Positions 38,051-48,399 of a DNA stretch of 64,000 nt are shown here, piece after piece. How positions within the stretch are numbered: position 1 is the first letter of the stretch; each line of letters opens with the position of its first letter. The notes beneath the pieces are model-generated. The model did not search any database, had not been told where the DNA came from, and was given only the letters and a program-made list of their open reading frames with translations. The stretch spans positions 5,792,001 to 5,856,000 of the forward strand of contig OZ251539.1 in NCBI GenBank assembly GCA_965243135.1, written 5' to 3'. This DNA is from Alphaproteobacteria bacterium (GTDB taxonomy: Bacteria > Pseudomonadota > Alphaproteobacteria > MPNO01 > UBA830). The translations under genes and the position numbers were made by a program.

Positions 38051-39484
38051 TCAGTCCTCGAGCACCCAGACGTCCTTGCCGCCGCCGCCCTGACTCGAGT
38101 TCACGATCAGGCTGCCGCGTTGCAGCGCGACCCGGCAGAACGCGCCCGGCACGAGCCGGGTCTCTCGTCCGCGCAGCACGAACGGGCGGAGATCCACGTG
38201 GCGCGGCTCGAAACGTCCCTCGATCAGGCAAGGCGCCCGGGAAAGGCCGAGCACCGGCTGGGCGATGAAGTCGGACGGATCGGCCCGGATCTCCGCCGCA
38301 TAGGCGTTTCGTTCAGCGGGCGCGGCATGCGGTCCGACCAGCATGCCGTAGCCCCCCGAGCCGCCCACGCGTTTCACCACCAGCTTGTCGAGGTTGTCCA
38401 GAGTGTATTCGAGATCCTCCGGCCGACGGCACAACCGGGTCTCCACGTTGTCGAGAAGCGGCTCCTCTCCCAGATAGTACCGGATCATGTCGGGCACGAA
38501 AGCATAGACGCCCTTGTCGTCGGCGACGCCGGTTCCCGGCGCATTCGCCAGCGCGACGTTCCCGAGTTCGCAGACGCGCAGCAGTCCGGGCACGCCGAGC
38601 AGGGAATCCGGACGGAAGACGAGCGGATCCAGGAAGTCGTCGTCCACGCGGCGATAGATCACGTCGACGCGCCGCAGCCCCGTCGTGGTTCGCATGTAGA
38701 CGAAACCGTCCTTGACCAGAAGATCGCGGCCTTCGACGAGCGCGGCGCCGATCTCCCGCGCCAGGAACACATGCTCGTAGAATGCGGAATTGTAGACCCC
38801 GGGAGTTAGCAGCGCGATGACGGGCTCGGTTCGGCCGTCGGGAGCGAGTTCGCGCAGGGTCTCCCTCAGAAGCCTTCCGTAGTGTTCGACCCCTCGCACC
38901 CGGCAGCTTCGGTAAAGGCGGCGCAGGCTGGCCTTGACCGCCATTCGGTTGGCGATCATGTACGACACGCCGGAAGGCACGCGCAGATTGTCTTCGAGCA
39001 CCAGAAAACCGTCGTTGGTGCGCACGAGATCCGTGCCGCATATCGCGACCCAGCATCCGTCCGGCACCTCGACGCTTCGCATCTGGACGCGGTACTGCGG
39101 ACATCCGTAAACGATGTCGCCCGGAACGACGCCGTCGGAGACGATTCGTCCGGCGCCGTAGATGTCGTCCAGGAAGCGGTTCAGCGCGTCGAGCCTTTGA
39201 GCCAGTCCCGCCTCCAGTTGCTTCCATTCCGACCCCGGGATGATCCTGGGCAGGCAATCGACGGGAATGATGCGTTCCTCGGCTTCGCTCTCGCCGTAGA
39301 CGGTGAAGGAAATTCCCTCGTTCGCGAAGGCGCGGGTGACTCTTTCCTGGATGCCGTTGAGTTCGTCGTTCGATAACCGGCGCAGCGCATCGTGAAGGCG
39401 TCCGCTGTGTTCGCGCGCCTCGCCGTCAGGCTGGAACATCTCGTCGTAGATGGCGGCATCGAGTTCGTAGGCGTCGAAGTCCAT
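38051..39484 (-). CDS. Circularly permuted type 2 ATP-grasp protein
   Basis: VLEDNLRVPSGVSY, NSAFYEH, VIYRRVDDDFLDP, PRHVDLRPF and VNSSQGGGGKD.W. Confidence 0.93.
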   Translation of the reverse strand: MDFDAYELDAAIYDEMFQPDGEAREHSGRLHDALRRLSNDELNGIQERVTRAFANEGISFTVYGESEAEERIIPVDCLPRIIPGSEWKQLEAGLAQRLDALNRFLDDIYGAGRIVSDGVVPGDIVYGCPQYRVQMRSVEVPDGCWVAICGTDLVRTNDGFLVLEDNLRVPSGVSYMIANRMAVKASLRRLYRSCRVRGVEHYGRLLRETLRELAPDGRTEPVIALLTPGVYNSAFYEHVFLAREIGAALVEGRDLLVKDGFVYMRTTTGLRRVDVIYRRVDDDFLDPLVFRPDSLLGVPGLLRVCELGNVALANAPGTGVADDKGVYAFVPDMIRYYLGEEPLLDNVETRLCRRPEDLEYTLDNLDKLVVKRVGGSGGYGMLVGPHAAPAERNAYAAEIRADPSDFIAQPVLGLSRAPCLIEGRFEPRHVDLRPFVLRGRETRLVPGAFCRVALQRGSLIVNSSQGGGGKDVWVLED

Positions 39485-39607
39485 GTGCTTGCCTTGCGGA
39501 AGACTCTTTGCGCGGGGGCACCGCCGACCGGATAGCGAACCTATAGCCTGAAACGGTCGGGATTTCACGAGCGGCGCGCGGTTCCCGCGCATTCCGCGGG
39601 GCGGGAT

Positions 39608-39694
39608 TGGTGCGGGCGGGGAGACTCGAACTCCCACTTCCATAAGGAAACCAGATTTTGAGTCTGGCGCGTCTACCGATTCCGCCACGCCCGC
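39608..39694 (-). tRNA. tRNA-Leu (anticodon CAA)
   Basis: Reverse complement GCGGGCGTGGCGGAATCGGTAGACGCGCCAGACTCAAAATCTGG...GGGAGTTCGAGTCTCCCCGCCCGCACCA; long variable arm and encoded CCA. Confidence 0.96.
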
Positions 39695-39802
39695 CCGACG
39701 GCCGCATTTACGTTAGATCGCGCCTTGCAGTCAAGCGGCGCGCCGAACGGGCCGTTTGCGCTGCGTCATTTCTTGTCCGCCCGCCGCCCTGCGGATCGTT
39801 CC

Positions 39803-40018
39803 GCCCGCCGACAGGTCCGCAAGGGCCGCGCGGACGCTCGGTCTTCAGAACGAAAAGCCCGGTTGCCGCGGCGCCGCAAACCCTGGGCGAGCCGGACCGT
39901 GACGCGGGCGCCGGGTTGCGGTTGTGGAGGAGGCGGTCGGACGACCGCAACGGTCATCCCGTGTCGCGACCCGACCGGCGACCGCCCTGACGTTCTGCCC
40001 GCAGGCAGCCGAGCGCCA
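39803..40018. repeat. ~220-bp imperfect direct repeat B, copy 1
   Basis: gcccgccgacaggtccgcaagggcc...tcttcagaacgaaaagcccggttgccgcggcg...ctgcccgcaggcagccgagcgcca recurs at 42592-42811. Confidence 0.9.
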
Positions 40019-40306
40019 TCGGAGTTGATTAGGGGGAACGAATTAGCCGTGCCGGTTCGGCAATATCGGACTTGCACCCCCCGCGACTTGGCATCGAGCT
40101 TGACGTATGCGCAACTGTCCAAGCTGGAATTTTGCTTGCACGGTCGTTCCCATGGCCCTGATCCAGCGAAGAATGCCTGATATCGCGGCTATCTGACCGC
40201 TTCTCCGCCACGTCCAGAGAATTTTTGCAACCCGGAATCGCCGAATCAGGCACAGAATAGTCGCTCATTTTATGTCGGACACGAACAAATTGGCCGCGAC
40301 CGCGGC

Positions 40307-40747
40307 CTACGCAGTTGAGTGAGGCCGCGGGAGCCACTTCGCACGCTTGGCCAACGCAAGCGCGTGCTGTTTTTGGATGTCTCGCCTTTCCACCTCGGCG
40401 CCGAGAATGGTCAGGACGATGTTCGCATGGTACGGGTTCTTCGGCAGCGGCGAGGCTTCGACGGTCCTTCGACATTCCGCGTCCCCCGACCGCGCGGCAC
40501 CGGCAATGAGCGTGGCTCAACCATAAAACTTAGCCCCCCTCCCTTCTCCCCGAGCGTCCGCCAGCGAGGCCATCGTTTCGACAGGCGCATAGTCCATGCG
40601 GTCCACGGAAACGCAATCGTCCTCCAGACGCGCGAGAAAGACATCTCGAACGATAGTGCCTCTGCGCGCGCGCCTCGCGGCACTGTTGCTGAACACGCTC
40701 CTGCCGAGCATTTCGTCATCTCGGATCGTTTTCTACGGCGCCGCCAT
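40307..40747 (-). pseudogene. Disrupted hypothetical gene (possible toxin)
   Basis: Reconstructed as MAAP*KTIRDDEMLGRSVF...VSVDRMD...KFYG*ATL.. / TVEASPLPKNPYHANIVL...AKW: two in-frame stops and a frameshift. Confidence 0.5.
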
Positions 40748-40748
40748 C

Positions 40749-41377
40749 TCAGGACTCGCGGCACAGTTCGCGCAACTGGGATCGAACAAAGTCGTCCGGC
40801 AAGTCCCTGGAATCGTCGTAACGAGCTCGTCGGTTTTTCCCTCCGACGCGCGAAAAGCACGCCGCCCCTCCGCCGACTCGGCTTAGCTCGATGACCACGG
40901 CCGACTCCTCGGAGTCGAACTGAATGGCTATATCGCCATCCTGCGTCCCGTACACCGTCGGCACGGCCTCCGGTCCCGCCAATGCAACCACAATCCTGCG
41001 AGCTTCGTCCTTCATCGCGGCGGTGCTTGGCGGCAAGCCGTCCGCCTTCATTTCGTCATCCAATTCGGCAATGTCCCTATACGCCTCAAGGATCCGCTCT
41101 TTGGCGATCCTGTTCCTGGAGCGTGGAGGGGCTACGAGCTGCATATCCGAAAATACGCCCCATTCTTCGAATTCAACTTCGCCGGCGCCAACGGGAGCTT
41201 GGCCAGATCGATCATTTTATCCCGCTTCATCTCCACAAAAAAGCCGACGAACGGATGCTCATACTTGAGCGGGGTCTTATGCCCGATAAGCATTTCGTTC
41301 AGCACGGAAGCGGAATGCTTCAACGTAGCGTCCATGCGCTTTTCCCGATCTCTACGCGTGCGTAAAGCAATGGACAC
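40749..41377 (-). pseudogene. Hypothetical protein, apparently split into 41132-41377 and 40749-41144
   Basis: Two short overlapping ORFs in different frames. The downstream 131-aa part looks globular (PTVYGTQDGDIAIQF). They could also be two separate genes. Confidence 0.45.
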
Positions 41378-42207
41378 TCAAGGTCGAGGCCGATAGCCAA
41401 CTGCATCCAGCCGATTTCGCATCGCCTTCTCCTCGTTTCCTATTTTGCGGTACAAGTCCCACGCTTGGATTAGATGATCGGGGGCATCCGCCGCCATCTC
41501 CATGCAACGCTCAATAGCTTCGACGGCTTTCTCCAGGTCCACGCGCTTCTCGTAGATCGTCGATAGATTGAAGTAGTAGCTCGGGTTCTCCGGGGAAAGC
41601 TCTATCGCCAAGTTTATGCGCCTAGCGCGTCGCCCGTCTCTTCTACGCCCAAATACAGCATCTGTAGTTGGTTGGCTATGGCGGCGCGAAACTCCTTTGA
41701 CCGAGACGCGTCATGAACATGCCGCTCAAGAACTCCCTTCGTCCTATCAAGTCCTTCCCGTTCCTGGTCTGTAGATACGTAGTACTGGACAACGCTTTCG
41801 ATAATGGTCCGGAGCACGGTTTCGTCGGAGATCCCGTCCGAGTCGACGGCATTGAGAAGGGGCTGAATATCGATCCGCGCGCCGACCGCGGCCAGCGCTC
41901 CAGCGGACAGCAGGTATTCCTCGTTCTCGGGACCCAACGTTTGCCGTAGTTCCGGCAGTATCGAGATGGCGGATTGCGTATCTCCGTTCATGAAGGCGTC
42001 TCTGAACGCCCTTCTGGGGTGGCGGAAACCTATCGGATGCACCGAGGGGAGCCGGTCAGTCTCTTTCGCCGTCGCCGAACCGTCCTGGGCCAAGCGTTCT
42101 TGGCGCGACTGTCGTCCCGGATCGCGCTCTTGCTTATTCCGCGCGGCCAGAACGGTGACCGTCCATCCCAGAACCAGGACAGCGACGGTCAACCCGGTCA
42201 CTGACAT
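41378..42207 (-). pseudogene. Membrane-anchored TPR protein, frameshifted near 41615
   Basis: N-terminal TM segment. ANQLQMLY...DALG continues in another frame as AIELSPENPSYYFNLSTIYE (TPR). Confidence 0.7.
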
Positions 42208-42591
42208 TACAGGGAGCCAGTCCCTCGTCTCCTCCGGTTCGTGTTCTTGTCGCGCATTCTTTGCGATACCCGCCCTAATCAACTCCGTGGATGGCCTGCC
42301 TGACGGCACCGCGCCGCAGCCACTCCGTGGTCGGCGTGACGGCATGGCCCGACGACCACAGGGCAAGACCGGCGAAACGCCGGTCCTCGTCGGACTTCTC
42401 GACCCGCTACGTTTCGTCCTCCTTCATTCCCGCGTGCGATCTTGCGCCGCCTCTCGTTTCCGCTCAGGTCTTGGCACCGTCACCCACAGAAGATCAATAA
42501 TGCACCGTCCGCGCCCTTTCAACTTCCCGGAGGCTTTGCGCGCGTGCCTGTCGGCTCGCGCGCGGCCAACACCCTGTAGTTCGCTCCGCTT

Positions 42592-42811
42592 GCCCGCCGA
42601 CAGGTCCGCAAGGGCCTCGCGGACGCTCAGTCTTCAGAACGAAAAGCCCGGTTGCCGCGGCGCTGCGCCGCAAACCCGGAGCGAGCCGTTCCGCGATGCG
42701 GGCGCCCGGTTGCGGAGGAGGCGGTCGGACGACCGCAGCGGTCATCCCGTGTCGCGAACCGGACCGACCGGCGGCCGCCCTGACGCTCTGCCCGCAGGCA
42801 GCCGAGCGCCA
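42592..42811. repeat. ~220-bp imperfect direct repeat B, copy 2
   Basis: Matches 39803-40018 with small indels. Confidence 0.9.
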
Positions 42812-43283
42812 CCGCCGTCACGAGGCCGAGCCGCAGGCGCGTTCGCGCCGCGGACATGGTGTTTCCCCATGCGGCAAGCGTTGTCGAATCGGCTGTAGAT
42901 TCGCGGCGGAACGGCGGGCTGCGCTTCCAGGAGGGGCTGCCCCAAGGGGTGAAGATCCGCCCGTCATGCGTTTCCAGGCGGACGATGCGACCGTACTCGC
43001 CGGCCCGGTGCCTTGGGGTGGAATCCGTGAAAATCGCGACCTCGGCGCGGAGAATTCGCAGTACCGTGCCCGAGCACAAGAATTTCCGCACTCCCGAAAA
43101 CTGCCCGCATCTCACGACGTTACGAACGGCGCACGCGGGTCCAGATCGAGAACTCGCTGGAGGCCGGAGCGCCGCTGCCGGTTTCGGAAACTGCGGAAGC
43201 AAGGGCCCGAACGGCGGTTCTCCGGCGTTGCGGAAGCCGCGACCCGCGCTGCCTCCTCCGCTTCCGGGGGGACGACTTCGCAT

Positions 43284-43320
43284 CTATGCAAATTCGAAAT
43301 TTGATGTTAAATTTGCATAG
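43284..43320. promoter_or_regulatory. 11-bp inverted repeat abutting the start codon (putative operator)
   Basis: ctatgcaaatt-N15-aatttgcatag immediately followed by the ATG at 43321. Confidence 0.6.
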
Positions 43321-44499
43321 ATGATCGAACGAAAACTGAAGTCCGGGATAGGCCGGTTGCTGAACAGGATGCCGGCTGTCGTCCTCACGGGACCGCGGCA
43401 GGTGGGAAAGACCACCCTCGCGTTGGAAATCGCGCGCGAGCGGGACGCGGTCTATCTTGATCTGGAACGTCCCCGCGATCTGGCGAAAATAGCCGATATC
43501 GAACAGTTTTGCGCGTTCAACGCCGACAAGCTGGTCGTTTTGGACGAAGTGCAGCGCATGCCCGGTCTCTTCGCGCCGCTTCGAGGCATTATCGACGAGC
43601 GCAGGCGGTCCGGCCGGAAATCGGGACAGTTCCTGCTTCTGGGCTCTGCGTCCATCGAGCTGTTGAGGCAATCCGGCGAAACCCTCGCCGGGCGCGCAGC
43701 CTATACCGAACTCCATCCATTCGATCTGACGGAAACGGGGGAGACGCGAGGCCTCTGGCATCGGGGCGGCCTTCCGGAAAGTTACCTTGCTGGCAGCGAC
43801 GCCGACAGTCTGGACTGGCGGGTCGATTTCATCCGCACGTATCTGGAGCGAGACGTTCCGCAGCTCGGGCCGCGCATACCCGCGGAAACGCTGCGACGTT
43901 TCTGGACGATGCTGGCCCATAACCAGGGACAGGTCTTCAACGCTTCCGCATTCGCCAGAGGTCTGGACATGAACGGCGTCACCATCGGCCGTTACCTGGA
44001 CGTGATGGTCGATCTCCTGTTGGTGCGCCGGCTTCAGCCATGGACCGGCAATCTGGGAAGGCGTCTGGTCAAGGCGCCGAAGACCTATGTGAGGGACAGC
44101 GGCGTTTGCCACGCTCTTCTCGGCATTGAAACGCCCAACGATCTTCTGGGCCATCCCGTCGTCGGCGGCAGCTGGGAGGGGTTCGTGATCGAGAATATCT
44201 TCGGCGTTCTGCCTGGACGGGCAGTTTGCGGTTACTACCGCACGGCCGGCGGAGCGGAAATCGATCTCGTTGTCGATCTTGGCACCGGCGCGCTTTGGGC
44301 CCTCGAAATCAAGCGCAGCAGCGCGCCATCGGTGTCGAAAGGCTTTCACAGCGCCTGCGAGGACCTGAAACCGGCCCGAAGGTTCGTTGTCCATGCCGGC
44401 GACGCGAGTTTCCCGTATTCAGCCGGAATAGAGGCCGTCAGCCTGGCGGACATTCTTGCGCACTTCGCCGAAGCGCCGCCGGAACGTTCGCGCGCCTGA
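43321..44499 (+). CDS. AAA_14 ATPase with DUF4143 domain
   Basis: GPRQVGKTT, LDEVQR, ETLAGR, RGGLPES, KAPKTYVRDSG and EIDLV...EIK. Confidence 0.92.
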   Translation: MIERKLKSGIGRLLNRMPAVVLTGPRQVGKTTLALEIARERDAVYLDLERPRDLAKIADIEQFCAFNADKLVVLDEVQRMPGLFAPLRGIIDERRRSGRKSGQFLLLGSASIELLRQSGETLAGRAAYTELHPFDLTETGETRGLWHRGGLPESYLAGSDADSLDWRVDFIRTYLERDVPQLGPRIPAETLRRFWTMLAHNQGQVFNASAFARGLDMNGVTIGRYLDVMVDLLLVRRLQPWTGNLGRRLVKAPKTYVRDSGVCHALLGIETPNDLLGHPVVGGSWEGFVIENIFGVLPGRAVCGYYRTAGGAEIDLVVDLGTGALWALEIKRSSAPSVSKGFHSACEDLKPARRFVVHAGDASFPYSAGIEAVSLADILAHFAEAPPERSRA

Positions 44500-44562
44500 T
44501 CTCTCCGCGCTCGAGCTTGTTTCCGCCCGGCGCCTGCCGTCCCTTGGGTTTGGGCGGCTCTC

Positions 44563-45744
44563 CTACAGAATGTCCGTTCCGGGTTCCAGACCCAACAGGG
44601 TCCGCCCGTAGATCAGGGAGTTGGTTCGAAACTGCAGGGTTGCGTGCTGGTTGATGGCGTAAACGTCGCGCCACGCGCGCTGCACCGGGTTCGCCTCAGA
44701 CAGGCCGGCGCCGCCGCAGGCGAGGAATACGCTCTCCACCGCCTCCATGCACAGCTTCACCGCGTAGGCGCAGTCCATGCGAATGCGGGCGCGAACCATC
44801 CTGCGCATGCGGCCGTTGCGTTCGGCGGCTTCGTGAATGTCGTCGGCCGTTCGGTGAAGCAGCGTCCGCGCCGCGTCGACGCCGGCGCGGGCGTCGGCCA
44901 CGATCCGGTGGGTCAGCGGATCCTCGATCTGCGGCGCGGCGCGCAGGTGCGGATCGGTCCGGCCGGGCACGAAGTCGATGAAGTCTCGGATTGCGCCTTC
45001 GGCCAACCCGAGCGCCGGGCCGCAGAGCGCCAGCGCCAGCGGCGGCGCCAGCGGCGCGCGGTACAATGTGCCTGTATGGATTTCGCCGCCCGGGGTGCTG
45101 CCCTTGCGCGCCCTGCGAAACGAGATATGGCGGTGTTCGGGCACGAAGATGTCCTTGCCGGTCACGCTGCAACTTCCCGTTCCGCGCAGACCCGCCGCGT
45201 GCCAATCGTCCTTGATGGCGGCGTCCGCGACAGGCACCGCGAAACAGGCCTCGTCCTCGACTCCCCCATCGTCGTCGAGCACCCGCGCGCCGAGTATCAG
45301 CCAGTCGGACCTCTCGCAACCGGAAGCGAACGGCCAGAAGCCTTCCAGCCTGTAGCCGTCGCTTTCTCTCCGCGCGGCGCCGCGAGGATTGAGGACCGCC
45401 GCGACGAGCGCGTCGGGATTATCGAGGTATATCTCGTCCTGCGCCTCGCGAGCGAGCAGGCCTACCAGCCACGAGTGGATTTGCAGCACGCCGAGGCACC
45501 AGGCGGTCGAGGCGCAGCCCTTGCCGATTTCCTCGACCACGTCCAGATGGACGTGAAAGTCCAGTTGCCGGCCGCCGCAACGCTCGGGCTGCAGGACGCG
45601 AAACAATCCGGCGGATCTCAGATCGGCGACGTTTTCGACGGGCAGGCGGCGGTCGCGTTCGGTATTTCGCGCTCGTTCGCGCAGGACAGGCGCGAGGCGT
45701 CGCGCGGCGGCGGCGAGGCTGTCGGGAAAAACGGCTGCGTCCAT
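44563..45744 (-). CDS. Acyl-CoA dehydrogenase-fold flavin-dependent monooxygenase (HsaA/HpaB-like)
   Basis: STAW, W.FASGC, DDW...GLRGTGS and QRAWRD...H. Confidence 0.85.
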   Translation of the reverse strand: MDAAVFPDSLAAAARRLAPVLRERARNTERDRRLPVENVADLRSAGLFRVLQPERCGGRQLDFHVHLDVVEEIGKGCASTAWCLGVLQIHSWLVGLLAREAQDEIYLDNPDALVAAVLNPRGAARRESDGYRLEGFWPFASGCERSDWLILGARVLDDDGGVEDEACFAVPVADAAIKDDWHAAGLRGTGSCSVTGKDIFVPEHRHISFRRARKGSTPGGEIHTGTLYRAPLAPPLALALCGPALGLAEGAIRDFIDFVPGRTDPHLRAAPQIEDPLTHRIVADARAGVDAARTLLHRTADDIHEAAERNGRMRRMVRARIRMDCAYAVKLCMEAVESVFLACGGAGLSEANPVQRAWRDVYAINQHATLQFRTNSLIYGRTLLGLEPGTDIL

Positions 45745-45880
45745 GAAGGCAATGTAGTGGAGATCGGGCGCTCGGGAAACGCCGCGGATCCGGCAGGTTC
45801 GTCGCCTTCGTCCGGTCGGGTTCCTTGTCCGGCGCGATGGCGCCTGTTAAATCCTGCGCGCCTGCCCGACGAGGACATCC

Positions 45881-46462
45881 ATGCTTCGCAGCCTCTACGA
45901 CCGGACGATGCGACTCGCCGCCCGTCGCGATGCGGTGTGGTTTCTCGCGGCGGTCGCATTTGTCGAGAGTTCGGTATTTCCCGTTCCGCCCGACGTCATG
46001 CTGATTCCGATGGTGCTCGCCGCGCGCGGCGGCGCCTGGCGGTTCGCCGCCGTCTGCACCGTCGCCTCGGTGCTCGGAGGACTGGCCGGCTACGCCGTCG
46101 GCCTGACCCTTTTCGAGACCGCCGGGCGGCCGATTCTCGAGCTGTACGGTTACGCCGACCGGTTCGCCGAGTTCACGCTTCGCTACAACGAATACGGCGC
46201 CTGGATCGTCTTCGCGGCGGGCGTTACGCCCTTTCCGTACAAGGTGATCACTATTGCCAGCGGCGCTGCGCAGCTCGATCTCGCGACCTTCACCGTGGCG
46301 TCGGCGCTCGCGCGCGGGACAAGATTCTTTCTGGTGGCGGCGCTGCTTTACTGGATCGGTCCTCCCGTCCGCAGTTTCATCGAGCGGCGCTTGGGGTTGA
46401 TGTTCACGATCTTTTGCGTTCTGCTGATCGGCGGTTTCGTGCTCGTCAGGATCGCAGCATGA
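45881..46462 (+). CDS. YqaA/DedA family membrane protein
   Basis: FVESSVFPVPPD and TPFPYKVITIASG. Confidence 0.9.
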   Translation: MLRSLYDRTMRLAARRDAVWFLAAVAFVESSVFPVPPDVMLIPMVLAARGGAWRFAAVCTVASVLGGLAGYAVGLTLFETAGRPILELYGYADRFAEFTLRYNEYGAWIVFAAGVTPFPYKVITIASGAAQLDLATFTVASALARGTRFFLVAALLYWIGPPVRSFIERRLGLMFTIFCVLLIGGFVLVRIAA

Positions 46463-46962
46463 AGATTGTTGCCGATAGCGCCGCGCCGCTGTGGGCGATG
46501 GCGGCGTCCGCCGGGGCGCTCGCGGTCGCGCTCGGCGCGCAGTATCTGGGAGGTCTGCATCCCTGCGATCTTTGCATCTGGCAGCGATTGCCCTACGGGA
46601 TTGCGATCGTGATCGGAACGGCGGCGCTTCTGTGGTTCCGGTCGCCGCGCGAGCGCGCCGTGCTGACGTGGCTCGCCGTTCTCTGCTTCGCGGCGGGCGT
46701 CGTCGTCGCCCTGTATCACGTCGGCGTGGAACAGCGCTGGATTGCGGGGCCCTCTTCCTGTTCGGGGTCGTCGGCGCTCGGCGCGGCCGGCAGCGTCGAG
46801 GAGTTGCGAAAGCTGCTTGCGGCCGCTCCCGTGATACGCTGCGACGAGATACCATGGTCCCTGTTCGGCGTCTCGATCGCCGGCTGGAACGCTGTCGCCT
46901 CGCTTGCGCTGGCCGCGACCTGCGGCGTCGCCGGGTGGCGGCAGACGGCGGCGTTTCGATGA
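46459..46962 (+). CDS. dsbB: Disulfide bond formation protein B family
   Basis: PCDLCIWQR, YHVGVE and a C...C..W.LFG.SIAGWN pattern. Confidence 0.85.
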   Translation: MKIVADSAAPLWAMAASAGALAVALGAQYLGGLHPCDLCIWQRLPYGIAIVIGTAALLWFRSPRERAVLTWLAVLCFAAGVVVALYHVGVEQRWIAGPSSCSGSSALGAAGSVEELRKLLAAAPVIRCDEIPWSLFGVSIAGWNAVASLALAATCGVAGWRQTAAFR

Positions 46963-47519
46963 CCGACAAGAAAGACACGCGCCACGGGATACTGCCGGGG
47001 GACGTGCCGGCGGAAGAGATGATCGAGAGGTTCGTGCGGGTCGATCATGCGGGAGAGTACGGCGCCGTGCGAATCTGCGAGGGTCAGCTCGCGATTCTCG
47101 GCAAGTCGCCGTCCGGCGACGCGATCCGCGACATGACCGCCAAGGAGCGCGAACATCTCGCGAAATTCGACGAATTGATCGGCGCTCGGCGCGTGCGACC
47201 GACCGCTCTGTTGCCGATCTGGCATGTCGCGGGATACGCGTTGGGCGCCGCGACCGCCCTGATGGGCGAACGCGCCGCCATGGCGTGCACTGCGGCCGTC
47301 GAGGAGGTGATCGACGCGCATTACGCGGATCAGGCGGCGCGACTCGGCGACGACGAATCCGAGCTTCGCGAGACCATAAGGCAATATCGCGCCGACGAGA
47401 TCGAACATCGGGAAACGGCGCTCGATCACGGAGCGGAACAGGCGCCGGGCTACGAAGCGCTGTCGGCAGCGATCAAGACCGGTTCCCGCATCGCGATCTG
47501 GCTCAGCGAGCGGATCTGA
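46959..47519 (+). CDS. coq7: Demethoxyubiquinone hydroxylase (Coq7 family)
   Basis: RVDHAGEYGA, E.EH, AMACT.AVEEVI..HY and DE.EH di-iron motifs. Confidence 0.9.
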   Translation: MTDKKDTRHGILPGDVPAEEMIERFVRVDHAGEYGAVRICEGQLAILGKSPSGDAIRDMTAKEREHLAKFDELIGARRVRPTALLPIWHVAGYALGAATALMGERAAMACTAAVEEVIDAHYADQAARLGDDESELRETIRQYRADEIEHRETALDHGAEQAPGYEALSAAIKTGSRIAIWLSERI

Positions 47520-48030
47520 TTTCTCAGGCGCATATGGCACCCAAACGCTTCATAATTTGCGTACTCGGTCAACATGTTCAGGTATCGTATTGCGTCGGCG
47601 CGGAGCGTATGGGTTCGAACGCACGGCGATGGGACGGCGCATGACCGCGATGAGCATGGCATATCTTGGACGACAGGGGTTGCACGACCGGGACGAGGTA
47701 GCGGTGATCGAGGAGAGGTTCACGGTGCCATGGGGTGTTGATACATGTGCTGTTGCTGGACAATTTGTACAACTTGTAGAAGCGCGCCGCGGCGCGTCCG
47801 CCCTACGTCGCACGGCGAAGTCGTCAGCTCCGCGCCAAGCGAATCCGAATGCCCAGCCTTGCTTCTTTACGGTTTGGGGAGAGGCGCGCATGGTCGACGT
47901 GAACGGAGCATGCGACGTTTCGATACGAATTTGCAGCCGGATACGTGCGAAATTCCGGCGGAAGGGCGGTGCGATTTGATCGCAGGACGCGGCGTCTTCC
48001 GAGCATCGGGGCGATTGAAGGAGACAGGAC

Positions 48031-48243
48031 ATGAGCAATCGTAAGGTCAAAAAGCGTTCGGATTCCAAGCGTGAGCAGGAATACGAAGCGATGCTGAAGG
48101 CTGCACTTGCTCGTCCGGGCGTTCACGAAGTGATGAAGGTCTATGACGGCTGGCGGGAGAAAGATCTAGGGCGCGATGCCTATCGCTCAGCGACCAAAAA
48201 TCCCCATCGTATATTGACGACGAATTCGTCGAACGCTCGTTGA
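48031..48243 (+). CDS. Small hypothetical protein
   Basis: 70-aa ORF with GGAG/AGGA RBS-like sequence upstream, in a lower-GC insert. Confidence 0.5.
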   Translation: MSNRKVKKRSDSKREQEYEAMLKAALARPGVHEVMKVYDGWREKDLGRDAYRSATKNPHRILTTNSSNAR

Positions 48244-48399
48244 AGCGACGAAGAAGGACAGCCGAGATTGCCGATATGGAGTGAGATCTGGCGCAACTCG
48301 CTATGTCGGCTGCTACCATGATCGCGTGCGCCGCCGATGAGATTGTTCTTGGAAGACATTCGTTTCATGGCCCTACCGACCCGCAACTTTTACTTCCGA

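Noticed and set aside
39608-39694. Prophage or ICE integrated at tRNA-Leu
   Set aside because: No integrase and no duplicate of the tRNA 3' end seen in the window.
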